Part shown: piece by piece, positions 1-11,424 of the stretch | How positions within the stretch are numbered: the stretch's first letter is position 1 | Layout: each line of letters starts with the position of its first letter | The notes under the pieces: model-generated | Databases searched by the model: none | Told to the model about the DNA's origin: nothing | What the model saw: only the letters and a program-made list of their open reading frames with translations | Origin: Schizochytrium sp. TIO01 | Lineage: Eukaryota; Protista; Bigyra: Labyrinthulomycetes | Direction: 5' to 3' | NCBI GenBank assembly: GCA_004764695.1 | Contig: SMSO01000014.1 | Coordinates: 7,058,029 to 7,122,028, forward strand | DNA: 64,000 nt | Position numbers and translations under genes: made by a program

Positions 1-2040
1 ACCATACAGTCGTGCACACCAAAAGTTTGCTCGCATTTCTGCATTTTTCTCTGTACCACTCACATCAAGCGGGTGTACAGTTGGTCGCCGATTGGGACAA
101 TCGGGTGTGCAACAGCATCGGCACGGTCGGGGTTCACCGTCTTTCCACTGAAGACAATTTTTACATCCTCTAGTTTTTGTTTCGTGTGAAGATAAGTCAT
201 ATTGCACAGCCTGGCATGGCGCAGCACCAAAAATAAGGTTGAGAAATGCAGTGACATGCTGCAAGTAAGGTGTAAGAATAGCGGTGCGCATAGAACGACT
301 TCTGGCAAGGCGCATTTCTGCGCGGATGAGCTCCTTAAGAACCCGTGAAACGGCATCTAGAAGGAGAACTTGACGACACGCTTGAACTTTGCTATGATGA
401 AAAACAAGACCAAGGAAACGCATGTTGACTCCAGCAGTGTGCAGTTCTCGGCGTATAACACGGTTAGGAAGTCCAACATTTGTGCGTGAGGGAAGGAGAT
501 CAGATGGTGGGAGTTGGTCAAGTTCATTTGCAACTCGTGGCACAATTTCTTTCAAAAGCATTTCTGTAGCTTGGATTACATTGTCATCAAAACTTGCGTG
601 TTCTTTGCGTCTCGATGCAAACTTTGAGAAGGCGTCACTCGAAAGGGGGAGGTGAAAACTCCGAACAAGTTCTGCTCGGAGCATGTAAATCAGATGATGT
701 CCACGCTGATTGCTCTGTGCACCTCCAAGGCTTTCAAAGCTAGTGTACATGTTTTCTCCATTTGGTGAATCTCTAGAAACCTTGTATACGGACTGCACGA
801 TCTTAGCAAGACGATGCGGCGGCGGTTGTGGTGGGAATAGGCGAGCAAAGTCAACAGCATAGTGGCGCACATCCTGCTGTCCGTCAGGCAGGGTCCCAAC
901 GATACGATGAACCTCCATATCACATGGGAGGTGGATCCATCTTTCGTCTGTACTGTACTGGGTGCGCCACTGTGGAGTTACGCGAACTGGGTGTTTCGCT
1001 AGATTAAGAGATTTTGCGGCACTCTCGATTAAGCTTTTCCCAGCAAGAGCATCATCTTCCAGGTTCCTACCCCCATTACTGGATCCATAGCATAATGTTT
1101 CCTCACCTTTGATGGGGAGAAGAGACATGGCTACGAGTTTGTAGCCCAAGTAGCGAATGACAGCAACCAAGGGAAGCTTGAGACCAGAATTGACACAATG
1201 TAAAGCGGTGACACCTTTTAATTGATGGTTGGCTTCCTTTGATGCGAGGGCATCACCTCCGTAGAGTTTGTGACTGTCGAGAGGAAAGCGAAAAAATATA
1301 TTTCCAGCAATATACTTTTCACCTCCTGCGAATCCCCCGACCTCATTTGTAGCTGGACGAATGGATTTCTTATCATCAGGCAAGTGCTTCTCACTAATGA
1401 TGACCTTTCCATATGTTGTAGCGGCGTGCTTAAAGTCCCGCACAAGTTTTGAAAGTCGGCTGAAGGTATCTGCTTTTTTGTAAATAGTCAAATCTGGCTC
1501 AATGTCTTTAACGAGGCGTTGAAATTCTTCATCAAAGCTTGTTTCGAGATCTGCAAAGTTAAGTGCACGGCTCTTCTCCGCTTGTTCCTGGGGTATAATG
1601 GATTCCGTAGATTTTTGTCTTGAGACGTTTGTTTCTGATGAGCAGTCTTGTCTTATGAGAGGTGGAGGTGATGTGAAATTCTCCTCGGGTCCACTCTCCG
1701 GAATGTTCTCATAGTTGTTTTCTGGAGCCTGGGAGCTAATGTCTTGGACTCGTTTCTGAGGTTGCTCCAGAAGTTCGACGTTATCAAAATCATCACCACA
1801 ATCCCCACTGTGATCAGCTTCTTCTTCCAAACTGATATCAGAGTTCATGCACACATCGCTCAAATTTTCATACGCCAAGGAGTCCTGGCTAGCGTAAACA
1901 GGTTCATACGAGGCCTCAAAGTCGCCCTCCTGCTGAAAGGTCCTTTTCCACGGATCCTGACCAAGGCTCGTCTCACCCGTTGATTTTCTATCCCGGCGTT
2001 GTTCATCCCCACGCGCAAGGAAGGGCGAGTACCTTGACAT
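1..2040 (-). CDS. Clu (clustered mitochondria)-domain protein, 5' part; the ORF runs off the window's left edge
   Basis: Manual translation from ATG 2040 (MSRYSPFLARGDEQ...) stayed open through the part I read (to about 300); no stop-terminated ORF in this frame appears in the track. Clu-type motifs: KEANHQLKG, LPLVAVIRYLGYKLVAMSLLPI, TLCYGS, RHYAVDFARLFPP, MLRAELV, PLSSDAFS, LHTAGVNMRFLGLV. Confidence 0.85.
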   Translation of the reverse strand, partial: MSRYSPFLARGDEQRRDRKSTGETSLGQDPWKRTFQQEGDFEASYEPVYASQDSLAYENLSDVCMNSDISLEEEADHSGDCGDDFDNVELLEQPQKRVQDISSQAPENNYENIPESGPEENFTSPPPLIRQDCSSETNVSRQKSTESIIPQEQAEKSRALNFADLETSFDEEFQRLVKDIEPDLTIYKKADTFSRLSKLVRDFKHAATTYGKVIISEKHLPDDKKSIRPATNEVGGFAGGEKYIAGNIFFRFPLDSHKLYGGDALASKEANHQLKGVTALHCVNSGLKLPLVAVIRYLGYKLVAMSLLPIKGEETLCYGSSNGGRNLEDDALAGKSLIESAAKSLNLAKHPVRVTPQWRTQYSTDERWIHLPCDMEVHRIVGTLPDGQQDVRHYAVDFARLFPPQPPPHRLAKIVQSVYKVSRDSPNGENMYTSFESLGGAQSNQRGHHLIYMLRAELVRSFHLPLSSDAFSKFASRRKEHASFDDNVIQATEMLLKEIVPRVANELDQLPPSDLLPSRTNVGLPNRVIRRELHTAGVNMRFLGLVFHHSKVQACRQVLLLDAVSRVLKELIRAEMRLARSRSMRTAILTPYLQHVTAFLNLIFGAAPCQAVQYDLSSHETKTRGCKNCLQWKDGEPRPCRCCCTPDCPNRRPTVHPLDVSGTEKNAEMRANFWCARLYG

Positions 2041-3570
2041 CTCGACGCGGTCGTGTCCAGCACGCCTCGTGTCGTCCGTCGCCCGCTCGCTTGCCCACTG
2101 GACCGTGCAAAGGCCGCCGCAATTGAGATTTGCTACTCCTTGAGCGGCTTTTGATGTGACTAGCGACTCGGAATTATACACCTTATTTAACTATGAATAT
2201 TGCACTAATACGCGCCAATAGCAGCAGCACTCAAAACATGGAGTCTACACACGGCAAGAGGAGTTCATTCTCCCTTAGTTTCAACCAAGGCAGCATCTCC
2301 AGCAGCAACTGGTGCATGAATTACAACCTCGCCACTCAGACTTGCATCGAAACGTTTGGAGTCGTGTCCACTTCAACTACTCCATTTCGGATCACAGATG
2401 TCCAGGAACACCTGCTCCTCCTCCTCCGTCCCTCTTTAGCCAAAGATGAACAACTCGATTTGGGTTCTAAGGAAAGAGAACAAAAGAACGAGGGAGCAAA
2501 AGAACACCGGCGGGTGGCGAAGTCATACAAGACCGTGGCAGTTCACGTGCGGAGCGCACCAGACCGAGGAGGGCTTGATTCTTGGCCCTGATTGTGTTGG
2601 TCCTTCAGGTAACTTACCTCCTCCAACGATTCCTCGACTTCTTGAACTCGCGTGTTTTGCTTTTTCGTCAATTAGACCCGATTGATTGAACGCAGCCCGA
2701 AGTTAGAATGTGGACGTCTCGTCGTCTTGACGATGACTTGAACTGGCGTTACCAGCGAAAGCTAACCGTCTCGAGTTCGTGGGTGTGGTGAACAATCTCA
2801 CAGATGCTTTTCGATGAAAAATCTAGTTTGGACTTTACCGCTTTTGATTCGAGTGTGAGCTTCCGAAGAGATTGAACCTCGTCGTCGCGAAGGTCCCCTT
2901 TGCCAAGATGTTATGCCGTTCTCCTTGATAGTGTTGTGTTGCACCGTCAACAGCCTTTGTCGTGGCGTCATGCATGTAATCATTGAAAGCTACAGGATAA
3001 ATAAAACAGAAGTGCATTGTGGAAGCATCTGTGAGACTCACTCCGCACGAAGCTGCCAAGCCGTCAAGCAGGCAGCCAGTCAGTCAGTCATCCAGTGGCC
3101 TAGGCCTCTCTCGTGTCTGCCTCCATCGAGTCTGAGCACTTCGAAGCCAAACGGGCAACATCTTTGGCCTTCATGGACTCGTTCTGCTTCAGAATACAGC
3201 ACAAAGGAATTGAGCGAATCGATCGAAGGATGCCTCAGAAGAATCCTTTTGGAGTCTTTCCCCCGCCCCGTCCTCCTAACCTATACACTAGTCTTCAGTA
3301 CGCCTCACTTTTTTGTCTTCCCTGTTTTTCCCATCTTTTCTCTTTGTCGATGATAGCTTTGAAAAGATGAGCACCGTTTCGGAATCCCGGAGCGACTGAC
3401 TGCCTCGGGCTCGCTCAGCAATCCCAGTTCCTCTTGGCGCAGTCCGCGAAGGCCGGTCTTCGTCTCGCGCCAGCCTTCCCTTTTCTCTTCCTCTTGCTTG
3501 CTAAGCACGTTCCTGCCTTCCACGTCTTCTGGTTTCCTTGGGTCTCTTGGATCCGCCTTCGCGAGGCACC

Positions 3571-5532
3571 ATGGACTTCATTCGCGTGCTGGTGCTCATC
3601 TGCTGCTGCCTGCTCAGTCTCGGCTCTTACTACTGCTTCGACCTTCCTGGCGCTCTTCCGGATGACTTTCGGCGTGTGCTAGCGCAAAACAACCCGGGCC
3701 AACAGGGTCTCTTTTACTCAATGTATTCGCTGCCCAACACGGTGCAACCCTTTGTCGGCGGCATCATCATTGATAAGGTGCTCGGTCTCCGTATTGGCGC
3801 CACAATTTGTTGCACGCTTGTTGCTATTGGGTGCTCCGTGGTTGCCTTTGCCGCGAGCGTCCCTGCCTGGTCTGGCACGAGCACCGCTTTCCTCGTCGGC
3901 GTCTCTGGTCGCTTCATCTTCGGTCTTGGTGGCGAGACGTTGGCAGTTTGTCAGAACGCATTTTGCGCCAAGTGGTTTCGCGGTGCAGATCTCGCCACTG
4001 CCTTTGCGATCGTGTTGAGTTTCGCTCGCGTGGGCAGCGCCGTCAACTTTGCCATCGAGCCCAAGCTTGCGTCAGAGTATAGCTTCTCTTTTGCGCTCTG
4101 GGTTAGCGCCGCCTTTTGCGTTCTCTCTGAGTTTGCATGCTTCTTGCTATCCTTCCTCGATATTCGCTACGAATACCTCACCGAGGACGAAGACAATGCC
4201 GAGGCTGTCGACATTGAGTCCAGCTCTGACCTTGACTCTGGTCTCAACAATCTCAACTCTGGTACTAGCTCTGATGCTCTATTGGACGTGAATGCCAGCA
4301 GCGACAGCCTCAATGAGAACCTCTTGGGAGGCCATGCCTCACGGCAGGCACGCCGGGGGTCTGAGGGAGATAGCCGGGGGTTAGCTATCGAGGAAGTTAC
4401 GCATGAGGGCATTGATGCTGCTAAGGCGGAAGAGGACACTGTGTGGTATGCTCTGCGGCAGGTCGTGGGGTACCGGGAGATGTTGATCTACTTAATTTGT
4501 GTTCAATTTTATGTTGCGGTGTTTATTTTCATTGCAGTGGCGTCAAAGTTTCTTACGGATACGTATGATGATATTGATGCAGTATCGGCGGGTCTACTCG
4601 TCTCGGTGCCGTACACAGTTAGTGCCATCGCATCGCCTTTGCTCGGCATGACAATGGATAAGGTCGGACGCGGCCTGATTTTTGTTGGACTGGCGTGCTT
4701 GAGTCTTTTCGGTGTGCACGCCACCTTTGCCATCATGCCACATAGCGTATCTCCTATGGCTGTCATGGTGTGGCTTGGCATCACCTATTCTACCTGCGCT
4801 GCCTCCCTCTGGCCAATGATTGTAAGTTTAATGACGCTCGCATCCAGGGTCTGTGATGTCTGCACTTTGCAACAGCACAATATTTTAGTAACAGCGATAT
4901 AAAAGCAATGGCGACTAACACGTGTTTTACATGACCTTATGTGTTTAATATTCTGATTGTTTCGTGTTTCTTCTTTGTACACCTTCGGATAAATCCAACC
5001 GAAATGTACATTCTGGCAATAATATTTGGACTTCTGGAAATTGAAATCAATATACGCACTTACCTTGCAAATCTATCTATGTTTATAGGCTGTGGTGGTA
5101 GAGTCCAAGTACATTAGTATGAGCTATGGCCTCATGATGAGCTTACAGAACACCGGGCTTGCTATTGCTCCAGCATTCATTATGAAGCTTGTTCCGTCAA
5201 CAGATAGTTCCCCGGAGGTGATCGCTGCAAATTACCGCACTATTGAGCTCATTTTTGCAGGTTGTGCAGCAGGCGCTTTCATTTGTACAGTTCTTTTGTA
5301 CTTTGTAGATCATGCTCACGGTGGTGGCGAGCTCAGCGCTGCAGCTTCTGCGATGCCGATGTCGGTGCAGCCTTCACCTCGTCTCAACCCTCTCAACCCC
5401 CGTGCCTCTCCATTCATTCGTCAGTCGAGCTTTCGGCCTTCAACACGGGCGCGCGAGGTTATTGCCCCCAAGACTCCGCACGCAATTCGTCAAAAGTACT
5501 TTCGCAAACTGCGCATCCAGTCCCACATTTAA
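3571..5532 (+). CDS. MFS transporter, MFSD1-like; two exons 3571-4821 and 5089-5532 (true start may lie upstream)
   Basis: Motifs LGSYYCFDLPGAL, GGIIIDKVLGLR, GRFIFGLGGE, KWFRG, ARVGS. Intron 4822-5088 (GTAAGT...TTATAG) joins WPMI|AVVVESKYISMSYGLMMSLQNTGLA in frame, matching the MFSD1 C-terminal pattern. Confidence 0.85.
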
Positions 5533-6349
5533 TAAGAGTCCATCGACTCCTGCTCAAGTATTATATCCCCACGATACAAGTTTTTGGCAGTGGTCATTGT
5601 AAGGTAGCATTCTGATCTACTATGCAGAGGTTGGCATCATTCATTTCAACCAAGACGATTTAATTGCAGGTGACAACCAATTTAATCATATAGTCGCTGC
5701 CTGAGGATTAATATTTACTTTGGCTCATCGATTTTTCCCGAAGAAGAAAAAATCAAGCTCGAATTCGTGGCAAGACCTGTAATCGTCTTATTTCTCTTTT
5801 ACCTGTCATAGACTCTAACAACGCGTTTGTAATAGTTTGTTCAGATATTTTCTAATTAAAATTTTCCCTTCCTAAAAGTACTATTCTACAAGCCAGTATT
5901 GTTTCGCAAGGAAAAGATTGAATTCCATCCATGCCTACTACTATCAGTGTTTTGACCAGCTTGTTGCTGGTCTGCGGATGGAGTGGTAACACGCTGATAT
6001 TTTAGAGGGCGGTGTCTAGTTATAGCTAGCTCGGTACATAAAGAAAGGCCGACAACCGCTCTCGCAATTGCACAGAAGACAAGAGGAGATTCATGGGTGA
6101 ATACAAGATAATGAAAATACAGGACAGCTATAAGCGAAAATACAGAACAGAAGGTTGCGCAAGCGCAAATGGGGAACTAGCAGCAGCTAATTCATCTACT
6201 TCTATTCTGAGGGCCAAAAAAGAGGCAAGATCGAGAAGGCCAGAAGCCCTCATTCAATTTTGTGACCCCATGATGATTTTCAACAGGTCGTTCCCGACCT
6301 ACACAAGTACACACCCTCACTTATCTTGATCCGCGCGGATAAAGAGATC

Positions 6350-7219
6350 ATGGATCATGATGAAGTCTTTGCGCAACTGTTGTTGCAGATGCTTTGGAGA
6401 TGGAAGCTTGCAAACCATTTGTGCGCTATTGCCGGGACCGCAGGCTCCGCAGCGATGGATAGGGACCCACCGAGGAAGCCAGCAGCATTGCCAACCCGTA
6501 CCGATGAGATTCCTGTGTTGCACGAGGCTCTCTTGGACGCCCAACGAGGTCTTCGCGACGGCGAGGCCAAGGCACTTGTGAGAGAATTGCGCGCGAAACC
6601 TTCTCCAACCAGAGAGGTTCGTAACCAGCGTATTGCGGCGCAAACGCAGCAGAAGCGAAACTCAGTTGCGAGCGTGCGTAGTAGCATGAAAATGCATCGG
6701 CAGCGGTTGGTCTTCATCACAGTGCAAGACTTTGAGGATGCGGTTCTCGTGAGACAAACTCAGGAAAGCCTTTTGCGGCATGCTTTCATTATTCTGCCAG
6801 ACACACATTGGACAGCAGTACATCCAATCCGCATACCTGGTTTACCAGAAGAATCTGCCGTGCGCCTAGATGATTGTGTGATTGAGCAATTGCAGGCTAA
6901 AGAGATAAACGGAACGTTATTCTGGTTGGGCAGCAAGGAAGGCAAAGGACAGTCCTTCGAGGAGCTTTCTGCTTGGATTCGGGCCAAGGCGGATCCTGCC
7001 ACCGGCAACCGGTACCATGCTCTGCAAATGAACACAACTTGGTGGAGACGACGTTTCCCCATGCCGAGTGTGCCTCCGAAATTTACGCGGTCGGGGGAAA
7101 AGATCGCGAGGAGCCTACAAAGTACTAGCACAGAACCGCATTGTTTGCTGGAGATGCTCCACCAAAGCAACCCAGGAGTTTTCAAGTTCATGACTTCGCT
7201 ACCGCGCAACCCAGTTTAA
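6350..7219 (+). CDS. hypothetical protein (~290 aa)
   Basis: Long ORF (6326-7219, first ATG 6350) with protein-like composition; no recognised motif. Confidence 0.55.
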   Translation: MDHDEVFAQLLLQMLWRWKLANHLCAIAGTAGSAAMDRDPPRKPAALPTRTDEIPVLHEALLDAQRGLRDGEAKALVRELRAKPSPTREVRNQRIAAQTQQKRNSVASVRSSMKMHRQRLVFITVQDFEDAVLVRQTQESLLRHAFIILPDTHWTAVHPIRIPGLPEESAVRLDDCVIEQLQAKEINGTLFWLGSKEGKGQSFEELSAWIRAKADPATGNRYHALQMNTTWWRRRFPMPSVPPKFTRSGEKIARSLQSTSTEPHCLLEMLHQSNPGVFKFMTSLPRNPV

Positions 7220-8571
7220 GCCCACCGTCACCACTAGTGCTTCATGGGCTCTGGTTGGTCCCTGTGAAATGTAATATATAAAGTAATCAATCACCAAGTC
7301 TTTGTCTACTGATTGGGCCTCCTCCTTTGGGGACAAGAAAGAAAAGATCTATTCATTTCCTACGCTAGACACCATTCGTTGCGTGAGCCCCATGCTTGTA
7401 TCAGATGGGCCCGAGGCTAGAGGGGTTTTCAAATCAACAAGGGGCGTAGTGAGCCCACGTTAGGGGTCTGCTGCCATTCCGTCAGGTTCTGCGGAGTAGG
7501 GAGCAAATTCTTATGACTTATAGGGGAGATACAAAAACGAAGATTTGAGCGGGGTTGGTGAGAGTTTTGTCATTTCAGACGCCGAGCGCGCCGGTGTTGG
7601 TCCGGGACCTTTCGGGAGGGTCCAGAACGACTGCCAAGATCGTGTTTTGCTCGCCGGCTTTGGGTAGTGGTAGAAAGCTCGATCACCGAAGGCGTTTTTG
7701 ACCTGCGCGTCGAGTCTGCGGCGACTGATTTTTTGCTAGAGGTCAATGATGACCACCGCGGTAGTCCCTCATAATTGTACTAGTAAAAAAAAAAAAAAAA
7801 CTTTTCAAAAAGAAAAGAAAATATAAATTAGAAAACAGATAAAAGAAATTAGACCTAGGAAGGTATTGATCATGAGCGCTGCCACTGTTTTTGTAAAGCA
7901 CTAATGAGTGATTCCAGACAGGGGATTTTAAAGGGGTTGGTTTTAGGTGATGGAGGCCAAGTGAGGTAGCTAAACAAAGGCAAAACGATCGGGGATAACA
8001 AAGGAAAAAGATGAATTTGCTGATGTTTGGGGTCTCTGCTTGTTTAAAAGATGAAAATAAATTCATGATGATGCTTTGCAATCTTGCAAAGGAGGATCTA
8101 GTTTTTAAAAAGTTCTTCACCATGATCATCTAGCTGTTGTGTACATCTTTAGAACTATGTACAACAATCTAGCAGTTTAAAAATGGAGAGGCTTGGGGGG
8201 GAAAGGTATAGGATCACAGTAACAACTGAGTGGAGAGGAACGAGAAGAAGAAAATCAGAAAGAATTGAGGGGAGTCGACGATACCGAGTGCCCAAAGTAT
8301 ATTTATTTGAGCAACAAGGTTCGTACGCACAAACACACATGGATTATTAAAAAGAATAGCAGGAGCAGTAAGAGCAAGGGGCGAGCGTACTCATCCAGAT
8401 CACATATCACCCAAATTGCCATCAGACAGACAGACAGCAGTGCTTGTGGCTAGAGTTTATGTCACTGCGAAGGGGGAAGTAGTGTTGGCACAGGATGTAC
8501 GGAGTTTAGGACGAAGAATACGGCATCGCTAGAAAAGGCCAATCTATGCGTAAGGCATGGCGACCTTGAAT

Positions 8572-9696
8572 TTAGTTGGAGGCGGCCTCACGGCGCTTCT
8601 GGGCAGCCTTGGCAAGACCCTCGAGAACCTCGCGGGTGCTAGCCATGTCAATGCAGGCATCAGTGATGGAGACACCGTACTTGAGGGAAGCGGGGTCGGT
8701 GACACCAATGTCCATCTTCTGGTTGCCCTCGCCGATGTTGGACTCGATCATGAGACCGGCGATGCTCTGGCTGCCAGCGGCGATCTGCTCTCCGAGATCA
8801 GCGGCAACCTTGGGCTGGTTCTTGTGGTCCTTGTTGGAGTTACCGTGGCTGCAGTCAACCATGATGCGGTTCTTGATGTTGGCCTTCTCGAGGAGCTCCT
8901 GGCACTTCTCGACGTGCTCCTTCGAGTAGTTGGGTCCGTTGCTGCCACCGCGCAAGATCACGTGGGACGCCTCGTTACCGGTGGTGGAAACAATAGCGGC
9001 GAGACCCTGCTCAGTGACACCGAGGAAGCTGTGCGGGTTGGAAGCAGAGCGAATGGCGTCGACGGCCATTTGGACGCTGCCACCAGTTCCGTTCTTGAAG
9101 CCAATGGGGCAAGAGAGTCCTGAGGCGAGCTCACGGTGGATCTGGCTCTCGGTGGTACGGGCTCCGATGGCACCCCAGGTGATGAGGTCGGAGGTGAACT
9201 GGGGGGAGATGGAGTCGAGGAACTCAGTGCCAACGGGGAGACCAAGCTCGTTGATCTCGAGGAGGAGCTGACGGGCGATGCGAAGACCCTTGTTGATGTT
9301 GAAGGTGCCGTTGAGGTCAGGGTCGTTGATGAGGCCCTTCCAGCCAACGGTGGTGCGGGGCTTCTCGAAGTACACGCGCATGACGACGAAGAGGTCCTTC
9401 TCGAACTCCTCCTTGAGCTTCTTGAGCTCCTGGGCGTACTCGATGGCGAGCTTGGTGTCGTGGATGGAGCAGGGGCCGACAATGACGAGGATGCGGTCAT
9501 CCTTGCCGGAGATGATGTCGGAGGCCACCTGGCGAGCCTCGTGGATCTTGGCGGCGAGCTCGTCAGAGACAGCAAGCTCCTCGAGGAGGATGGCAGGGGG
9601 AATGAGTGGCCGGAGCTTGACAACGCGAACGTCGCGGGTCTTGGTGCTCTCGCCGTTCAGCTGCTCATCAGCCTTACGCTTTGCGGGGACGGACAT
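8572..9696 (-). CDS. Class I (AroF/G/H, ARO3/4-type) DAHP synthase
   Basis: Motifs IVGPCSIHD, RVYFEKPRTTVGWKGLINDP, GARTTESQIHRE, GFKNGT, MVDCSHGNS, GVSITDACI; strong GC3 codon bias. Confidence 0.97.
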   Translation of the reverse strand: MSVPAKRKADEQLNGESTKTRDVRVVKLRPLIPPAILLEELAVSDELAAKIHEARQVASDIISGKDDRILVIVGPCSIHDTKLAIEYAQELKKLKEEFEKDLFVVMRVYFEKPRTTVGWKGLINDPDLNGTFNINKGLRIARQLLLEINELGLPVGTEFLDSISPQFTSDLITWGAIGARTTESQIHRELASGLSCPIGFKNGTGGSVQMAVDAIRSASNPHSFLGVTEQGLAAIVSTTGNEASHVILRGGSNGPNYSKEHVEKCQELLEKANIKNRIMVDCSHGNSNKDHKNQPKVAADLGEQIAAGSQSIAGLMIESNIGEGNQKMDIGVTDPASLKYGVSITDACIDMASTREVLEGLAKAAQKRREAASN

Positions 9697-10699
9697 CTTT
9701 CTAGAAAGTTTGTGGTGTTGTGCTGCGACTACTGCTGCTTGACACTCTTGTCGAGGTTTACGTTTGGGGATTGCTGACAGTCTCTGTAGGCTTGCTTTCC
9801 ACGGCTCCTATTTCTCCCTGCTATCATATAATATAATATACCTTGCTTTGACTGCTTTTCTTTCATTCTTAGTGAACGATTTCTTTTTCTTTCTTTTTTA
9901 ACTGTTAAAATTAAACATCATTTATCTAAGTAGGTAGGAAGTTCACCATATTAAAAGACAAAAAAACAAAAAAAAACATTCTTGCTTTCAATTATCGTGC
10001 TTGCCTTCCTTCTTTTCGGTCGTATGCTTCCTGCTTCCCAGCATTCTTTCAAACTCGAAAACAAAGGGCAAACTGAAAGGTGCATTTCCAGCTCATTCGA
10101 CTCATCAGCCTGTTGCTGCAACTGGGTGGACGCCTTCTGTAGTCTGGTTGATCTTCTTCTTTCGTGCAGCCAGAGCTCGTTTCTTTAATTTGTCGGAGGC
10201 TTTTGCAAAAGCTTTGTGTGTAAATAAACCAAGCGCATGGGACAACCAACGAACAGCAACACAGATAAGTTTTGATTTATATACAAGGCAGAAATATTCT
10301 TTTAAAGGCATTTTTAAATTGAAAAAACAAGCGAATAGACAAAATTCATTTCATATTTTTAAAACTTTAGTTTTATAAACAAGAAATGAAAAGAAAAGAC
10401 CACTATGCCGCAATAGCGCTGATTTACTTTGGGTAGTTTATAGCACTTGGTAGCGCACGGGTAAGAGCTGCAGGAGAAGAGTTTGCTCTGAGCATATGTT
10501 ATATATATATATATATATGGCAGAAGAGGCCTCGAAGGACGGCAGCCTCTTCAAAAGGTCTCTCCTTTTCCACGTTCTGAATGCAAACGGAGACCTCGCT
10601 GCGTAGACCTTCTGTCGCATGCCGCCTCTTTTCAGTTTGGGGCTTTCTCGATTGTTTCAAGTTGTTTCAAGTTGTTCCAGGTTGCTCGTTTGCTATTTT

Positions 10700-11424
10700 G
10701 ATTGATATTTTATTTTGATTATTATTTTGATTATTATTTTGATTATTATTTTATTTGGTTGTTGGATTGATTGATTGTTCAACACCCTTCTTTTCTCACG
10801 CCTTCTTCCACTCACCGCCGCCATCTCCCATTCCCTTTCTTGAGAAGATTGTGCACGGGTAAGTAAGCAAGTAGGTGAATGGGCAGCTCAGCTGCCTATC
10901 GCTTCCTCGCGCTCCCGCCTCAATGTAGGTGTCGGCGCGAGGCTCTTCGCAGGGCGGCGCTTTGCAAGAACTTGAGACAGGAAGGTCAGCCTGAGGGGAA
11001 TAGGGAGAGCTGCCCAATCAATCGATTTCCTCGATTGCACTGCGCTTTCTCTCTTTCTTTTCTCTTCTTTCTTCTTTCTTCTCTGTTTTCTTTTCTTTTC
11101 TTTTCTCTTCTTTCCTTTTCTTTTCTTTTCTTTTCTTTTGATTTCTTCTTCCAAACCACTACTTTCTGCATCTTATTGATCGATTGATTGATTGATTGAT
11201 TGATTGATTGTCTGTTTATGAGCGCTGTTTGTTCATCCATTGTTGGTTTTTGTGAAGGTGCGCTAAGGCAAGCGCTAAGTGGGCACCTACCTTCTTCGTC
11301 CTCCCTCTTTGAAGAGGTCCTTCCCTTTAAAGTCTGCTATTCATTACATGTTCATTTCAGGCTTCGCCAAAGCATGCAAATGAATGAATGAATGAATGAA
11401 TGAATGAATGAATGAATGAATGAA
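10700..11424. repeat. Microsatellite/low-complexity cluster: 12-mer TTATTATTTTGA repeats, T/C-rich tract, (ATTG)n, (AATG)n
   Basis: Visible tandem units near 10705-10752, 11046-11150, 11183-11209 and 11379-11424. Confidence 0.85.

Noticed and set aside
2193-3370. Short ORFs between the Clu and MFS genes
   Set aside because: No motifs or codon bias; probably divergent promoter/UTR sequence, though a small upstream MFS exon cannot be excluded.
8557-9777. Several long ORFs overlapping the DAHP synthase gene
   Set aside because: Shadow ORFs caused by strong codon bias; no motifs.
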